From Candidatus Zixiibacteriota bacterium (GTDB lineage: Bacteria; Zixibacteria; MSB-5A5; UBA10806; 4484-95): a stretch of DNA of 64,000 nt. How positions within the stretch are numbered: the stretch's first letter is position 1; each line of letters begins with the position of its first letter. A program made the translations under genes and the position numbers. Where the stretch lies: positions 433,284 to 497,283 of the forward strand of contig JBBIRK010000001.1 of assembly GCA_037441845.1 (NCBI GenBank), read 5' to 3'. Below are positions 61,236-64,000 of the stretch, piece by piece. Below the pieces are notes generated by a model. It saw only the letters and a program-made list of their open reading frames with translations, searched no databases and had not been told where the DNA came from.

Positions 61236-61442
61236 ATCTATCGACCATAGCAACAGCTTCGGAAGGCTTTCGGTTCCGCATGGTGCGGCGCATATCTACT
61301 AGTGATTGTATTCGAAAATGAGGATGGATTCGTATATTTGGAAAAGTCCGATAGGCACGACCAAGGCGGGCATCGAACGAAATATCGTAAACCCGCCCAT
61401 CTATCTATAAGTGTACGACGCAATCAGTCGTATGCGATCGGC

Positions 61443-63037
61443 TCAATGGTGCAGCGTCAGCGTGTATGAATAATACATGGGCCAGGTCTCGCCGTAATTT
61501 TCGCTTCCCGAACCGGTGACTTGAGCCCCATTCTGAAGCGGGATATGCGGCTGAATATCCATCGCGATAACATACGACACCAGAGGCCCGTACTCGGGTA
61601 TAGGAACCGTCCCGAAATCGGGGCATACCGCCGTAAACACAACCGGATATTCGAGGGGGTTATACGCGGAAAGTCTTATATCGGCATAACCGCCGCCCGC
61701 CGTGCCGAACACGTTAGTCGGAAAATCGACCGCCTCCGACGAAACGATCGCACATGGCGGCTCTATCACCAATGAGGCGACATGGGAGCCGCCACCCACT
61801 CCACGTATACTGTCACCGAAGATACTAAACGAAAATTCGATAGTCACCACATCGGTAAAATCCCAGTAATGGTCGTCGTGGTGGTGGTTGAATGCGGCGA
61901 CCAAGGTGCCCGACCATCCGCCCACATTCACCTGCGTCTGGCCGCTGGCGGTAATCGGCTGATCGTCCGAGCACGCCTGATGTTGGGCGGTGATCGTGGC
62001 GATCCCGTCTTCATCGGCGGTGTATTCCGTCTGCACTTCTCCTTGGGGTGTGGTCGTCCCGGATTTCGGGCTTATGGTTCCCGGCCCGGAAACTGCGAAA
62101 GTGATCCGCTTGCCATGCATCGGGGTGCCGCCGCAGGTCATGGTGGCCGTTATGTCCGATGATTCCCCGCTGGCGATATTGGCGGGGTCGGCCTCGACAG
62201 CGATATCCGGGGCGGTGCAGCGAAGATATACGGTCACCTGGATATCGAAATAAAATGTCCCGTTCGAATCGCCGCGGTCATACTGATACGAGGCTATCAA
62301 TGTATGCTCGGTGGTCTGGCCGATCTGTTCATATAGACTGCCGTCGTCGCCGTTTATGATATAACCCAAATCGAACGCCATCCCGGCGATCTCTTGACAT
62401 TCGTTCTGGTAAACCCCTTCTCGCCTATATCCCCGAAATTGTCGCGAAACCAGCTTATATAATTGGCCAACGCGGCGCCAGGATTGCCACCGGCCAAGTT
62501 TTCCTCGAGATCGTCGAAAAGACCGTTTTCGTCAAGACCGCCGTCGCCGCCCCAGATCGAAAAATGAGTTATCTCCGCCTCGAACGAATTGCCGTCAGCG
62601 GACACGGTCGCCAAAGAGTCGCTCTGCTTCCAATAATCCTCGGCATCGTTGAAGTAAAATATGGGGAATTTGGCGCCCGGGGTAAGAGTGCGGGAGGCGG
62701 GGAAAATCACCGTAACCGGCACCTGAAACTCCAGGCCATGCGGTTGCATATCTGCGGCGCAGTCGAAATTAAGTGCCGGGCCGGGGGTCACCGGCAGCGA
62801 GCCGTTATCGTGAAATGTCCTGACTTTTATATAGACATTCTGCGTCACCGCGCCCGGAGGAAAATAAAGCGCCACTCCACCCGGATCGCTTACTATCCCG
62901 CCCGCCGGAGTTATCAATACGCCTCGGTTTTCCTCAGTTGATTTCTTGCCGCCGCAGCCGACGAGCAATAATAATATCATGACCGGTGTCAGAGTCCGCC
63001 TAAGGTTTGCCGCAGACCACATTGCCGAATTCCACAT
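61443..63037 (-). pseudogene. ZU5-like + Ig (Big_1-like) lipoprotein split by a one-base frameshift (or sequencing error)
   Basis: LVGC lipobox; GGIV...LYFPPGAV...PHGLEFQVPV...ITHFS. Adding one G in the G4 run at 62414-62417 joins EKG to VYQNECQEIAGMAFDLG and the Ig-like C-terminal ORF. Confidence 0.7.
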
Positions 63038-63194
63038 ATCCGCCTCCGCAGTATTAAGCCAATATACACCAATCTGTCTATAATTTAAAAGCCGCTGGAT
63101 TATGGTCAACCTAAATCAGGCGTCGGGCCGTTTCGCCTTGACCGCCGGAAAACCCGATCGTAAAATCGAACATACACAAACCGGAGGAAATGTC

Positions 63195-64000
63195 ATGAGC
63201 AGAAAATTGATTGTCTCGGCAATAGCGTTCTTTCTATCGGCTGCAGCGGCGGCGAAAATGCCGGTCTCCACTTTTTCAATCGTAGGATATGATCCACAAA
63301 CCGGCGAATTGGGAGTGGCGGTCGCCAGTAAGTATTTCGCAGTAGGCTCGGTTGTACCTTGGGCGAAAGCAGGCGTGGGGGCGATCGCCACCCAAGCTTG
63401 GGTCAATTATGATTACGGAATTCTCGGACTCGAGCTATTGGAAAAAAGTCTGAATCCGCAGGCCGTGATCGACTCGCTGACCAAGGCGGATCCCGCGGCG
63501 GACCGCCGTCAGATCGGGGTGATAGATGCCCGTGGGAACGCCGCCACTTACACCGGTAAAAATTGTATCGCCTGGGCGGGCGGGCTGGTAGGAGAAAATT
63601 GTGCCGTGCAGGGGAATATCTTGGTTTCGGAAGACGTCGCCCGAAAAATGCTGACCGCTTTCGAGACCTCGGTCGGCGCTTTGGGCGATAGGCTCCTGGC
63701 CTCTCTTTTGGCGGGCGACAGCGCCGGCGGCGATTCGCGCGGCAGGCAATCGGCCGCACTTCTGGTGGTCCGCCCTCAGACCGGTTACCGCTACGATCGG
63801 GCGATAGATATTAGGGTCGATGATCATCCCGAGCCGTTTGCCGAGTTACGTCGTCTTTACTTGCTGGCGAAAACGCTCGGATATTTGAATACCGCATCGC
63901 AACTTTATCAGAGCGGAAATTTGAGCGGCGCCCTGACTCAGGCCAAGTTAGCGGTCGAAATCGGCCCGATGGTACCCGAAACCTACTATGATTACGCCTG
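63195..64000 (+). CDS. DUF1028 (Ntn-hydrolase-like) protein with signal peptide, probably followed by TPR; runs off the window
   Basis: Manual translation: MSRKLIVSAIAFFLSAAAAAKMPVSTFSIVGYDPQTGELGVAVASKYFAVGSVVPWAKAGVGAIATQ...QGNILV...GGDSRGRQSAALLV...RVDDHPEP. Confidence 0.9.
   Translation, partial: MSRKLIVSAIAFFLSAAAAAKMPVSTFSIVGYDPQTGELGVAVASKYFAVGSVVPWAKAGVGAIATQAWVNYDYGILGLELLEKSLNPQAVIDSLTKADPAADRRQIGVIDARGNAATYTGKNCIAWAGGLVGENCAVQGNILVSEDVARKMLTAFETSVGALGDRLLASLLAGDSAGGDSRGRQSAALLVVRPQTGYRYDRAIDIRVDDHPEPFAELRRLYLLAKTLGYLNTASQLYQSGNLSGALTQAKLAVEIGPMVPETYYDYA

Overview
Chromosomal window from a GC-moderate diderm bacterium. Repeated C-terminal 'NYPNPFN' FlgD-Ig tails and a dockerin-tailed peptidase suggest the FCB group, possibly Zixibacteria (inference). 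Layout: (1) 5' part of alaS and a DUF4153-like membrane gene. (2) About 3.3-20.1 kb is an accessory, partly decaying stress region ending at the 3' end of tRNA-Asp(GTC). It holds an extended arsenic cluster (arsR-arsP-YeeE/YedE-arsE-DGC-arsF-arsG-frameshifted arsR-arsC-arsC pseudogene-acr3), two paralogous LVIVD/FlgD genes (one pseudogenised), DUF438-hemerythrin-PAS plus DUF1858/DUF2249 divergent from a Fur/PerR-katG pair, and an internally deleted IS3. (3) Core-like genes: an AmmeMemoRadiSam B-A fusion, an M23 peptidase, a 9-PAS hybrid histidine kinase, several secreted peptidases (C45-like, M28-propeller-dockerin, S8), pyrE, HD-GYP, a trans-sulfuration enzyme, MacA/MacB-like genes, feoAB-dtxR, RidA, fumarase/aspartase, tpx, YyaL, a frameshifted ZU5/Ig lipoprotein and DUF1028. 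No CRISPR array, rRNA, intact transposase or integrase was seen. The best candidates for undescribed biology are the YeeE/YedE sulfur-relay transporter inside the organoarsenical operon and the dockerin/FlgD-tagged secreted proteolytic machinery. All family calls are from motif recognition only; no searches were run.
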